From the NCBI GenBank assembly GCA_963540065.1, contig CAUTNK010000011.1, positions 16,867 through 80,866 of the forward strand: a DNA stretch of 64,000 bases, in the 5' to 3' direction. A program made the position numbers and the translations under genes. The notes beneath the pieces were generated by a model. The model worked only from the letters and a program-made list of their open reading frames with translations. It had not been told where the DNA came from and made no database searches. Positions 56,275-64,000 of this stretch are shown piece after piece (position 1 is the first letter of the stretch; every line of letters starts with the position of its first letter). This DNA comes from an uncultured Bacteroidia bacterium. GTDB taxonomy: Bacteria > Bacteroidota > Bacteroidia > Bacteroidales > CAJPTX01.

Positions 56275-57093
56275 CTATTGGTTTTGCTTCTTTTCTTTTG
56301 CCTCTTTGGATCCGAAAACCTTCCGAATAATATCTGAAGCGTATTGTTGTGGATTGTCGCGAATTTTCTTCTCCTCGCCTCGCATCAGGATATACATCCC
56401 GTCCAGGGCTTTTCCGGTTACGTATTTGGGTAAATCTGTATTCAGTTTTTTCGGTAAATCTAAAACAGCAGCTGCTGCGGCGACCACCGGATTACCCAAC
56501 ACCTCGTTGTATTTGTTAGCGAGATTTTCGTACTCATTAGTCACGCCACACTTTGCGATCATCTCTTTGCACACTGGCGAAAAAGCTTCGGTAAGTGGCA
56601 ACGTAGTTTTAGAACGCAGATAGTGAGTAGCTGCCGAATCGGATCCTTGTAGGATGCCGAGCGCATCGGTAATTGTCATACTTTTTATAGCGCTCGAGAA
56701 TATCGGAAAAGCTTTCCCAGCAGCAGCTTCTGCCGAGCGATTCAGTGAGGTAACAAACGACTGGACTGTAGCTTCGAGGGGTTTTGCTAAATAAGCAGTT
56801 ATGGGATTCTTCTTGGTCAGATCCACCAATTTCATAACGGGTTGTAAATCTTCGGGGAGAGCCAACCTAATGAGCTCGTTTTTCAGAAAGCCGTTCACCT
56901 TATTTCCGAGATGAGAGGCATCTCTTGCTGCAGTATCGAGGGCAACGGTGAGTCCTTCTGCAATCTCCTCCTTTGAAAGCCCTAAGGCATTAATAATTTT
57001 ATTTACAGAATCTTTATTGCAGCTATAGTTTACAAATATCAGGGGCAGACATAGGAGGGTAACCGTAACAATAAAAAATGCGTTTTTTTTCAT
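56275..57093 (-). CDS. DUF4197-like secreted protein
   Basis: Signal or lipoprotein peptide (LPLIFVNYSC). The segment LSKEEIAEGLTVALDTAARDA...GFLKNELIRLALPEDL resembles the DUF4197 family. Confidence 0.5.
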   Translation of the reverse strand: MKKNAFFIVTVTLLCLPLIFVNYSCNKDSVNKIINALGLSKEEIAEGLTVALDTAARDASHLGNKVNGFLKNELIRLALPEDLQPVMKLVDLTKKNPITAYLAKPLEATVQSFVTSLNRSAEAAAGKAFPIFSSAIKSMTITDALGILQGSDSAATHYLRSKTTLPLTEAFSPVCKEMIAKCGVTNEYENLANKYNEVLGNPVVAAAAAVLDLPKKLNTDLPKYVTGKALDGMYILMRGEEKKIRDNPQQYASDIIRKVFGSKEAKEKKQNQ

Positions 57094-57106
57094 GACAACT
57101 TGTTTG

Positions 57107-59281
57107 CTAATTAAAGAATTCGCGATCTATATAGTTCCACATCGTGGTAAAGAGGTGCAGGGTAGCTCCGTTGCCCGTTATATTATGGTTACGATCGGGG
57201 TACCACTGCATATTGAAAGGGATATTCTCTTGTACTAGCTTTTCGACGAGCCTTACCGAGTGCTGTATGTGTACATTATCGTCGTAAGTGCCGTGCATTA
57301 TAAGTAATTTCCCTTTAAGATTTTGCGCGAAATGGATCGGCGAATTCTCGTCATAACCTTTAGCATTATCGGTGGGGAGCCCCATAAATCGCTCCGTATA
57401 GATAGAATCGTAAAAACGCCAATTCGTAACCGGCGCCACCGCAATACTGAATGCAAAGCGCTCATTGCCGCGGAAATTACACAACAGCGACATATACCCC
57501 CCAAAGCTCCAACCCCAGATAGCCATCCGCTTAGCATCTACGTAGGGTAACGAAGCTAAATACTCTGCTGCGTAGAGCTGGTCTTGCGTTTCTAGGTTCC
57601 CGAGTTGTCGGTAAGTACATTTTCTGAAGGCAGTACCACGCCCCCCGGTACCACGCCCGTCGACACAAACCACTAAGCATCCCTTGGATGCTAGGTACTC
57701 GTCCCATCCTAGTTTCCACTTATCAAGCACTCGCTGTGAGTTTGGACCTGAGTACTGGAACATCATAACCGGATAACGCTTTGTAGAATCAAATCCGATA
57801 GGCAGCACCCTATAGCCGTTAAGTTGTAGTCCTTCGGGAGTTGTAAACGTAAAGAACTCTTTTTTCGGTAGTTGTATTGCTTGAAGTTTTTCGCTTAGCA
57901 GGTGATTGTCCTCAATAACTCGCAATTTTTTGCCGCTAATGGCATGCAACGAGATTTGCGGCAGGGTGTGCACACTGCTATAGGTTTGTATGTAGTAGGT
58001 CATAGCACGGTTGAACCATGCCGAATTGGAACCTTGCCGATCGGAGAGTTTCTTTTTGTCGGTGCCGTCTATTTTTATCGAAAAGATTGCCGAGCGCAAT
58101 GGCGACTGATCATAGGCACTGTAATAGAGTCTTTTGGTTTTGCTAGAAAAACCGTAGCACTCGATAATTTCGTCGTCCCCCTTTGTAATTAGGATAGGAG
58201 GTTTCGCTGCGTCCCATGTAGCTAGGAAGAGTTGTCTGTTGCCCTCGCGCTCACTCGGAAACACAAAGAGGTTGCCATCATCCAAAAACGTAATATACCA
58301 ATCGGTAGGTTCCTCTATGTAGCAAGGATCGGTATCCTCTATGACTACTCTTGTGGCACCCGTTTTGGGGTCAGCTTCGCAAATTTCGAGGTGATTCTGG
58401 AGTCTATTTTCCTTTAAATAACACAGCGTAGCCTTCGGAGTCCAGTATACGCGAGGGATGTAGATATCCTGTTCCTGCCCGGTTTCCATCTGCTTAGTTT
58501 GTTTCTGCTGCAGATCGTAAACATGCAAGGAGACTACAGAATTCCGTTCGCCCGCTTTGGGGTATTTGTAGCTATAGACTTCTGGGTAAAGGGTAGTATC
58601 GTAGGCGATCATAGGGTATTCAGCAACATTCCTTTCGTCGAAGCGCAAAAAAGCTATTTGCGTAGCATCGGGCGACCACCATACCGCTTTCTCGAGTGCA
58701 AACTCTTCCTCGTATACCCAATCGGGCACTCCATTTATTATCTGATTGCGTCGCCCGTCGGTTGTAACTTGCACTTGGGAGTGTGTGGGGATATCGTAAT
58801 AGTATATATTGTTCTCGTATACGAAGAGGAGCTTGTTGTTGTCGGGGGCAAATTGCGCAAGTTGGAGTTTTTTCCCGTTAGCAATAGATTGAAAGGTTTG
58901 ATTTTGTAGGTCGTATATCACGTACCTAGATATAGCACTTCTTCGGTAGATGTATTCCGAATCTATTTCGAGCAGTAGGCGCTTTTCGTTGGATGCAAAT
59001 GCGTAACCTTGTATATCTTGCAAAGAATCGGGGAGCGAATGTATGTCGAGTATAGTTTCTACCTCATTACCCGTTTCGAAACTCCACTTCACGATGCCTC
59101 GTTTTTCTTCGAAGGTTGTATAATGTCGCCCGTCATTTAGATCTGTTGGTAGGGTTATAGTATTGGGGGTGAGGGAGTTATTCCCGTCATATAACTCAGC
59201 AAGGTTCAGATTCTGCAGCTGTGCGCTAGCACTCATTATTGTGAGTGTCAGTAGGATGTATAAACAAGCTATTCCTTTCAT
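57107..59281 (-). CDS. S9-family dipeptidyl peptidase IV-like serine peptidase
   Basis: Signal peptide (MKGIACLYILLTLTIMSASAQ), an N-terminal beta-propeller region and an alpha/beta hydrolase domain with the nucleophile motif (WGWSFGGYMS) and a C-terminal D...H. I place the start at 59281, because the longer ORF to 59419 runs into the tmRNA gene. Confidence 0.85.
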   Translation of the reverse strand: MKGIACLYILLTLTIMSASAQLQNLNLAELYDGNNSLTPNTITLPTDLNDGRHYTTFEEKRGIVKWSFETGNEVETILDIHSLPDSLQDIQGYAFASNEKRLLLEIDSEYIYRRSAISRYVIYDLQNQTFQSIANGKKLQLAQFAPDNNKLLFVYENNIYYYDIPTHSQVQVTTDGRRNQIINGVPDWVYEEEFALEKAVWWSPDATQIAFLRFDERNVAEYPMIAYDTTLYPEVYSYKYPKAGERNSVVSLHVYDLQQKQTKQMETGQEQDIYIPRVYWTPKATLCYLKENRLQNHLEICEADPKTGATRVVIEDTDPCYIEEPTDWYITFLDDGNLFVFPSEREGNRQLFLATWDAAKPPILITKGDDEIIECYGFSSKTKRLYYSAYDQSPLRSAIFSIKIDGTDKKKLSDRQGSNSAWFNRAMTYYIQTYSSVHTLPQISLHAISGKKLRVIEDNHLLSEKLQAIQLPKKEFFTFTTPEGLQLNGYRVLPIGFDSTKRYPVMMFQYSGPNSQRVLDKWKLGWDEYLASKGCLVVCVDGRGTGGRGTAFRKCTYRQLGNLETQDQLYAAEYLASLPYVDAKRMAIWGWSFGGYMSLLCNFRGNERFAFSIAVAPVTNWRFYDSIYTERFMGLPTDNAKGYDENSPIHFAQNLKGKLLIMHGTYDDNVHIQHSVRLVEKLVQENIPFNMQWYPDRNHNITGNGATLHLFTTMWNYIDREFFN

Positions 59282-59307
59282 ATTCTGGCATAGGTTGTAT
59301 CTGTTTG

Positions 59308-59707
59308 TGGAGCTGGCGGGGATCGAACCCGCGTCCAAACAAGGAACCCTGTTGCTTTCTACATGCTTATTCTCTGATTGGTTGTTGAACATGCGACGGA
59401 CAGAGACCCCCAAGCACATGCCCTAGTTCCTAAAGATTCGCAGGGAGCACGGAACATTCTCTCTGCTATTCCTGTATTTCCAGTGCCCTGAACCAGAACG
59501 CAACAGGACAAGTGCTTTCTGTAGGACATCCCGTCCTTGCCATACCTCGGCGAGGATTAAGGTAATCAGAATGAACTAATTACGCAGCGAGAGCAAAAGA
59601 ATTTTCGCCATTTATAAATTCACATGTTTTGTTTAACGAGCACTCCATGCAACGCTCGACATGCTTACATCAAAATTCTACCTGCTGTCAAAACCAAACT
59701 CAGCCCC
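59308..59707 (-). ncRNA. ssrA: tmRNA (SsrA), about 400 nt, tag reading frame GENSFALAA-stop
   Basis: The 5' end GGGGCUG (revcomp of 59701..59707) pairs with CAGCUCC near the 3' end. A tRNA-like T-arm is present (GGGUUCGAUCCCCGCCAGCUCCA, revcomp of about 59308..59330). The internal ORF GGC GAA AAU UCU UUU GCU CUC GCU GCG UAA lies at 59580..59609. CCA is not encoded. Confidence 0.9.
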
Positions 59708-59835
59708 TTCTATTTACAATCAACTCGTAGTAGTAACGTAGATGTTAGCTATTTGTTACTTTGCGTAGGTCGTTTTGCTCTTGAATGGCGTAGGAATAGC
59801 AAAATTAGGTAATAGCTGTTGCGCCTTATAAGTAG

Positions 59836-59871
59836 AAAAAAGGGCAGCGTGCACACAGACGGCACCCACCC
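59836..59871 (-). terminator. Intrinsic terminator candidate after tsf
   Basis: On the minus strand, GGGUGG(G)UGC-loop-GCAC(G)CUGCCC forms an imperfect stem followed by UUUUUU. It begins 31 nt after the tsf stop codon. Confidence 0.5.
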
Positions 59872-59902
59872 TTTCATTTTTCTGACGAATGTTGTTGTGG
59901 TA

Positions 59903-60733
59903 CTATTCCGAAAGCCCGAAGCGTTCGAAAGAGGTCACCTTAAGCTCTTTGTCTATCGAGGACACGTACTGCTCTACCGTGAACTTATTGTCGCGAATGA
60001 ACTCTTGCCCCATAAGGGTATTTTCCTTGATAAACTTTGCAAGTCTTCCCTCAGCAATTTTGTCGAGGATTTGTTCGGGTTTCCCTTCGAGTCTAGCCTG
60101 TTCTCGCCCGATTTCGAATTCCTTTTGGCGGATATTTTCTGGGATACTATTCGCGTCGACTGCCACAGGATTCATACCCGCAATCTGCATAGCGAGATCG
60201 GTAAGTAATTGCTGTTGCGCGCCTGATTTGCTTACTCCTACAACAGATGCTAGTTTGTTACCGGGGTGGATGTAGAAGCCAACGGTTGGTGCGTCGATTC
60301 GTTTAAAGTAGCCGAGTCCCATTTTTTCTCCGGTTATTCCGGACTGATTTTGTACGAGCTCGTCGACTGTTTTACCATCAATGATCATAGAACGCACACC
60401 GTCGATATCCTTTACATCGGCTTTGAGAGCTTCGGTTAGGATTCGATCTGCTAGGGCAATGAACTCGGAGTTTTTTGCAACAAAATCGGTTTCGCAATTC
60501 AGAACGAAGATAGCTGCAGCGGAATTTGATGCATTATTTTTGGCAATGACTGCACCTTGGGAAGCTTCGCGATCGGCACGTTTATTTGCAATAGCTTTTC
60601 CACGTTCGCGGATGAGCTCTTGCGCACGCTCGAAATCGCAATTCGTTTCTTCGAGAGCATTCTTGCAATCCATCATCCCTGCGCCGGTCATTTTGCGCAA
60701 TTTCATAACATCGGCTGCCTTAATATCTGCCAT
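59903..60733 (-). CDS. tsf: Translation elongation factor Ts
   Basis: The N-terminal UBA-like motif (VMKLRKMTGAGMMDCKNALEE) and the EF-Ts core are present. It lies downstream of rpsB, the conserved arrangement. Confidence 0.95.
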   Translation of the reverse strand: MADIKAADVMKLRKMTGAGMMDCKNALEETNCDFERAQELIRERGKAIANKRADREASQGAVIAKNNASNSAAAIFVLNCETDFVAKNSEFIALADRILTEALKADVKDIDGVRSMIIDGKTVDELVQNQSGITGEKMGLGYFKRIDAPTVGFYIHPGNKLASVVGVSKSGAQQQLLTDLAMQIAGMNPVAVDANSIPENIRQKEFEIGREQARLEGKPEQILDKIAEGRLAKFIKENTLMGQEFIRDNKFTVEQYVSSIDKELKVTSFERFGLSE

Positions 60734-60769
60734 GTTGTATTCCTTTCCAAATTTCAGTAGGGGCTTGGG

Positions 60770-61552
60770 TTATTCCTCGTCGTCGTTATTGTTTTCGTTT
60801 TTAGGATCGGTCGTTTCTTTTTCGTCTTCAGTCGTTTCCTCCGCTTCCTGTTCGGTACGACTCATCTTGCGCTCGATAATGCCTTCTTTGATAGCTTCGC
60901 ACATCTCGCCAATGATGAGATCGATAGAGGTATTAACGTCGTCGTTGGATGGGATTACGTAGTCTATAGGCGTGGGATCGCAACAAGTATCCACCATAGC
61001 GAACACAGGAATACCGAGACGATTAGCTTCGCGAACGGCAATATACTCGCGTTGTACATCGACAACGAAAAGTGCTGCGGGGAGCTTATTCATGTCGGCG
61101 ATGGAACCTAAGTTTTTCTCCAGTTTAGCTCTTACACGCGTAAGTTGTAAACGCTCTCTCTTCGACATATTCTCGTAGGTGCCGTCTGTCATCATCTTGT
61201 CGATGTTACTCATCTTCTTGACAGCTTTACGAATGGTAGGAAAGTTGGTAAGCATACCGCCTGGCCAACGCTCGGTAACGAATGGCATTCCCACCTCTTT
61301 CACTCGGGTCGCAACCACTTCTTTTGCTTGTTTTTTGGTGGCAACAAAAAGTATACGTCTGCCACTTTTAGCGATAATACGAAGGGCTTGTGCCGCTTCC
61401 TCTACCTTAACAATTGTCTTCCGGAGATCGATAACGTGATATCCGTTCCGCTCCATGAAGATGTACGGCGCCATTTTGGGGCACCATTTTTGCGTTTGGT
61501 GCCCGAAGTGCACCTTTGCGTCGAGCATTTGCTCGAATGTCAAATTTGGCAT
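60770..61552 (-). CDS. rpsB: 30S ribosomal protein S2 with an acidic C-terminal tail
   Basis: HFGHQTQKWCPKMAPYIFMERNGYHVIDL and the conserved S2 core. I place the start at the ATG at 61552 (MPNLTFEQML). The longer ORF-track start at 61600 adds 16 non-conserved residues. Confidence 0.95.
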   Translation of the reverse strand: MPNLTFEQMLDAKVHFGHQTQKWCPKMAPYIFMERNGYHVIDLRKTIVKVEEAAQALRIIAKSGRRILFVATKKQAKEVVATRVKEVGMPFVTERWPGGMLTNFPTIRKAVKKMSNIDKMMTDGTYENMSKRERLQLTRVRAKLEKNLGSIADMNKLPAALFVVDVQREYIAVREANRLGIPVFAMVDTCCDPTPIDYVIPSNDDVNTSIDLIIGEMCEAIKEGIIERKMSRTEQEAEETTEDEKETTDPKNENNNDDEE

Positions 61553-61810
61553 ACCTGTTAGAATTTTAAGATTTTGTGTCAGGCAACCCCTGAGTAGCAA
61601 ACCGTAACGGTTGTGTTTTGGTTTAGTCTTAGGGGTTTGAACATAGCACCTGCTATGTCTGCGCTAACGACGATTTATGTAAGGTTAATGTTCTCTGGGA
61701 AACGACTTCTACAAACAGAAGATCTACGAAAGATAAACAAAGCATCCACAGCTTACCGAGATCGTGATTGTAGCCATCCTCGTAGAGCTTTAGGAAGCAT
61801 GGAGGCTTAA

Positions 61811-61857
61811 ATCTGCTCTCAGGTACGAGAGACATATCTCGCACCCTGAGAGCAGAT
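61811..61857 (-). terminator. Long perfect hairpin immediately after rpsI (terminator or attenuator candidate)
   Basis: The 13-bp perfect arms are ATCTGCTCTCAGG (61811..61823) and CCTGAGAGCAGAT (61845..61857), with a nested CGAGA/TCTCG stem. It starts 5 nt after the rpsI stop codon. On the transcript it is followed only by UUUAAG. Confidence 0.5.
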
Positions 61858-61862
61858 AGAAT

Positions 61863-62249
61863 CTAACGTTTCGAGAATTGGAATCTGCGCCGTGCACCAG
61901 GACGTCCCGGTTTTTTTCTTTCCACCACACGGGCATCTCTTGTTACGAAACCAGCAGCACGTAGTTGCGGCTTCAGTTCTTCGTTATATTGGATCAGCGC
62001 TCGTGTGATAGCCAATCTCACAGCCTCTGCTTGTCCGGAAGTGCCACCACCGTATAGGTTCACTTTCACATCGAAGGACTCGGCGAGGTTTAGTTCGGTA
62101 AATGGTTGACAAACGACGTAGCGGAGTAGTGGTGATGGAAAATATTCGTTGATATCGCGACTATTGATGGTAATTTTCCCATTACCAGCAGTTAGATACA
62201 CTCGCGCGACGGCTGCTTTTCGTCGTCCAACAGCATTAAAGACCTGCAT
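61863..62249 (-). CDS. rpsI: 30S ribosomal protein S9
   Basis: 128 aa: GRRKAAVARVYL...GGGTSGQAEAVRLAITRAL...ARRRFQFSKR. Confidence 0.95.
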   Translation of the reverse strand: MQVFNAVGRRKAAVARVYLTAGNGKITINSRDINEYFPSPLLRYVVCQPFTELNLAESFDVKVNLYGGGTSGQAEAVRLAITRALIQYNEELKPQLRAAGFVTRDARVVERKKPGRPGARRRFQFSKR

Positions 62250-62269
62250 TCTGTAAGATTCTGGATTTA

Positions 62270-62719
62270 CTACTTAGTGAGGACTATTTCCTTGGGTTGT
62301 TGAGCTTGATGTGGGTGCTCGGAACCGGCATATACAAAAAGGTTGTTAAAGAGCCGTCTTCCTAAGCGGTTTTTAGGAAGCATACCCCGGATTGCATGTT
62401 CGAGGATGCGTTCTGGATGTGCTTTTAATACTTCGTTAGGGTGTGCGACTCTCTTACCTCCGGGGTATCCCGTGTGTCGGTAATAGTTTTTGTTCGAGAG
62501 TTTTTTTCCGGTGAAACGGACTTTATCGGCGTTTATAATAATAACGTTATCGCCGCAGTCGACGTGTGGGGTGAAAGTAGGTTTGTGTTTTCCGCGCAAT
62601 ACAAGTGCAGCTCTGCTTGCAAGTCGTCCGACAATAACATCTGTAGCATCGATAACGACCCATTCCTTCTTCACGGTAGCCTTGTTTGCTGATACCGTTC
62701 TATAACTCAACGTATCCAC
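62270..62719 (-). CDS. rplM: 50S ribosomal protein L13
   Basis: Conserved L13 sequence ([45 protein letters not shown]). I infer a GTG start at 62719 (VDTLSYRT, matching the MDTLSYKT-type N-terminus of Bacteroides L13). The TTG at 62767 in the ORF track adds 16 residues. Confidence 0.9.
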   Translation of the reverse strand: MDTLSYRTVSANKATVKKEWVVIDATDVIVGRLASRAALVLRGKHKPTFTPHVDCGDNVIIINADKVRFTGKKLSNKNYYRHTGYPGGKRVAHPNEVLKAHPERILEHAIRGMLPKNRLGRRLFNNLFVYAGSEHPHQAQQPKEIVLTK

Positions 62720-62798
62720 CTTAATAGTCCTTTCTTCAAGACGCGGGACTGGACAAAAATCTTGCAAAGCGCCATCCCGGTTCGGTATATTTAACGCG

Positions 62799-62806
62799 CA
62801 AAGTTA
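62799..62806 (-). promoter_or_regulatory. -7 promoter box (TAACTTTG) for rplM-rpsI
   Basis: The minus strand reads TAACTTTG, ending 79 nt upstream of the inferred GTG start. Confidence 0.4.
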
Positions 62807-62866
62807 ATCTTTTTCTTTGAATTTGTATATGTTCGTATTACGTAGCTCAAGTACGTGGGGGGGATT

Positions 62867-64000
62867 TTAGCTAATGCGATCTCCATTTTGCGCATTGCCA
62901 TCGGGCTGTATAGGGATAAGCTCGCCTTTTTTATTTTTAGCAAATAGTAACATGCCATGGGATTCTACGCCTTTTATATTTCGTGGCGCGAGGTTTAGAA
63001 TCATTGAGACTTTTCGCCCGATGAGGCTTTCTGGCGTAAAGTCTTCGGCAATTCCAGAGACAACAGTTCGCTGCTCGGTTCCGATATCAACCAAAAGCTT
63101 TAGCAACTTTTTAGTTTTCGGGATGCGCTCCGCTTGTAGAATGGTAACGACACGAAGGTCGATAGCATCGAAATGTTCGAACGATATATCGGGTTTGGCA
63201 TTCAGCTCTTTCTGTTCTGTAGGCTGAGCATTGACCGCGGCATTCTTGTGTAGACGGTCTATTTGCGCTTGTATTGCTGAGTCGTCGATTCGTTCGAAAA
63301 GGAGCTCGGCATCATTTAACTTATACCCTTGCGGTAGGATATTTATGGTCAGTTCTTGCCAAGATATGTTCTGTAGGTTGAGCATTTGCTTCATTTTTTT
63401 GGCAGCAAATGGTAAGAATGGTCTCCCGAGGATGCTTAACGCAGCAGCTAATTGTAAGGCGACGTAAACGATACATTCCACCCGTTCGGGATCTGTCTTA
63501 ATCAGTTTCCAGGGTTCGCGTTCTGCGAGGTATTTATTACCTAGTCGGGCGAGTTGCATATACTCTTTTAGGGCGTCGCGGAAGCGAAAATTCTCTATAG
63601 ATGTAGCAATAGCGTCACGTTGTACAAGAATCTGGGCAAGGAGTTCTTTTTCGGTTGTATCGAGTTCTTTTGGTGCGGGCACTGTAGCTTGAAAATATTT
63701 ATTGGTCAGCATCATCGCACGATTGAAGAAATTGCCAAGGATTCCCACGAGTTCGTTATTATTTCGGGCTTGGAAGTCGCTCCACGTAAAATCGTTGTCT
63801 TTGGTTTCTGGCAAATTTGCGAGGAGAGTGTAACGGAGGGCATCTTGCTTTCCGGGGAACTCCTCTAAGAATTCGTGCAACCAGACTGCCCAGTTTCGGG
63901 AGGTGGAGAGTTTATCGCCCTCTAGGTTTAGAAATTCGTTAGCTGGGACGTTGTCTGGCAGGATGTAGTCGCCATGTGCGTGCAACATGGTAGGAAAAAC
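62867..64000 (-). CDS. metG: Methionine--tRNA ligase, C-terminal part (5' end lies outside the window)
   Basis: KMSKS-equivalent loop (GDKLSTSRNWAVWL), the anticodon-binding helical domain and a C-terminal EMAP/Trbp111-like tRNA-binding domain (IDLRVVTILQAERIPKTKKLLKLLVDIG...GMLL). The reading frame stays open to the window edge. Confidence 0.9.
   Translation of the reverse strand, partial: VFPTMLHAHGDYILPDNVPANEFLNLEGDKLSTSRNWAVWLHEFLEEFPGKQDALRYTLLANLPETKDNDFTWSDFQARNNNELVGILGNFFNRAMMLTNKYFQATVPAPKELDTTEKELLAQILVQRDAIATSIENFRFRDALKEYMQLARLGNKYLAEREPWKLIKTDPERVECIVYVALQLAAALSILGRPFLPFAAKKMKQMLNLQNISWQELTINILPQGYKLNDAELLFERIDDSAIQAQIDRLHKNAAVNAQPTEQKELNAKPDISFEHFDAIDLRVVTILQAERIPKTKKLLKLLVDIGTEQRTVVSGIAEDFTPESLIGRKVSMILNLAPRNIKGVESHGMLLFAKNKKGELIPIQPDGNAQNGDRIS

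Noticed and set aside
59282-59307. A genomic island or integrase at the 3' end of ssrA, which is a classic integration hotspot.
   Set aside because: A housekeeping-type peptidase gene starts 26 nt after ssrA. I saw no integrase and no direct repeat of the ssrA 3' end in the window.
57107-59419. A 770-aa version of the DPP4-like ORF starting at 59419.
   Set aside because: Its first 46 codons read through the 3' tRNA-like domain of the tmRNA gene (59308..59419). A proper signal peptide begins at the internal ATG at 59281.
60381-60962. 193-aa plus-strand ORF spanning the tsf/rpsB boundary.
   Set aside because: It is antisense to two universally conserved genes and is Ser/Ala/Arg-rich low-complexity sequence.
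1-64000. tRNA genes, rRNA genes, CRISPR arrays, and transposase or IS elements.
   Set aside because: I scanned by eye for T-arm motifs (GGTTCGAATCC-like), regularly spaced direct repeats and terminal inverted repeats. The only T-arm-like match belongs to the tmRNA, and no arrays or IS-like ORFs were seen.

Overview
This 64-kb window looks like a chromosomal segment of a Bacteroidota (Bacteroidales-like) genome. The evidence is a SusC/SusD pair, four proteins ending in type-IX-secretion (T9SS) C-terminal sorting domains, recurrent TAnnTTTG -7 promoter boxes about 20-40 nt upstream of start codons, no obvious Shine-Dalgarno sequences, and a tmRNA whose tag ends in ALAA.

Most of the window is housekeeping:
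- atpB-atpE-atpF
- a fused DAHP synthase/chorismate mutase
- pepD, rbfA, gcvP, rsmG
- a DPP4-like S9 peptidase
- ssrA, tsf-rpsB and rpsI-rplM
- the 3' part of metG

The accessory or unusual content is:
1. A glycosidase-free SusC-SusD-C10 cysteine peptidase unit, followed by four co-directional genes (about 31.9-46.9 kb). Three are T9SS-sorted surface proteins and one is a small lipoprotein. One of the T9SS proteins carries a 97%-identical 267-bp tandem duplication.
2. An isolated 808-aa gamma-class N6-adenine methyltransferase-like protein with a possible N-terminal PD-(D/E)XK nuclease motif. This is a candidate single-chain type IIG restriction-modification enzyme.
3. Two paralogous AAA-ATPase-like/PD-(D/E)XK proteins of unknown function.
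4. An orphan methyl-accepting chemotaxis protein.
5. A secreted TIKI/TraB/GumN-like protein flanked by a roughly 26-nt direct repeat.
6. A sigma-54 activator without a DNA-binding domain, translationally coupled to a membrane-anchored, highly charged coiled-coil protein.

I saw no tRNA, rRNA, CRISPR array, transposase or integrase. All functional calls come from motif and architecture recognition by eye. No database search was run, and DUF-level names in particular need hmmscan or HHpred confirmation.
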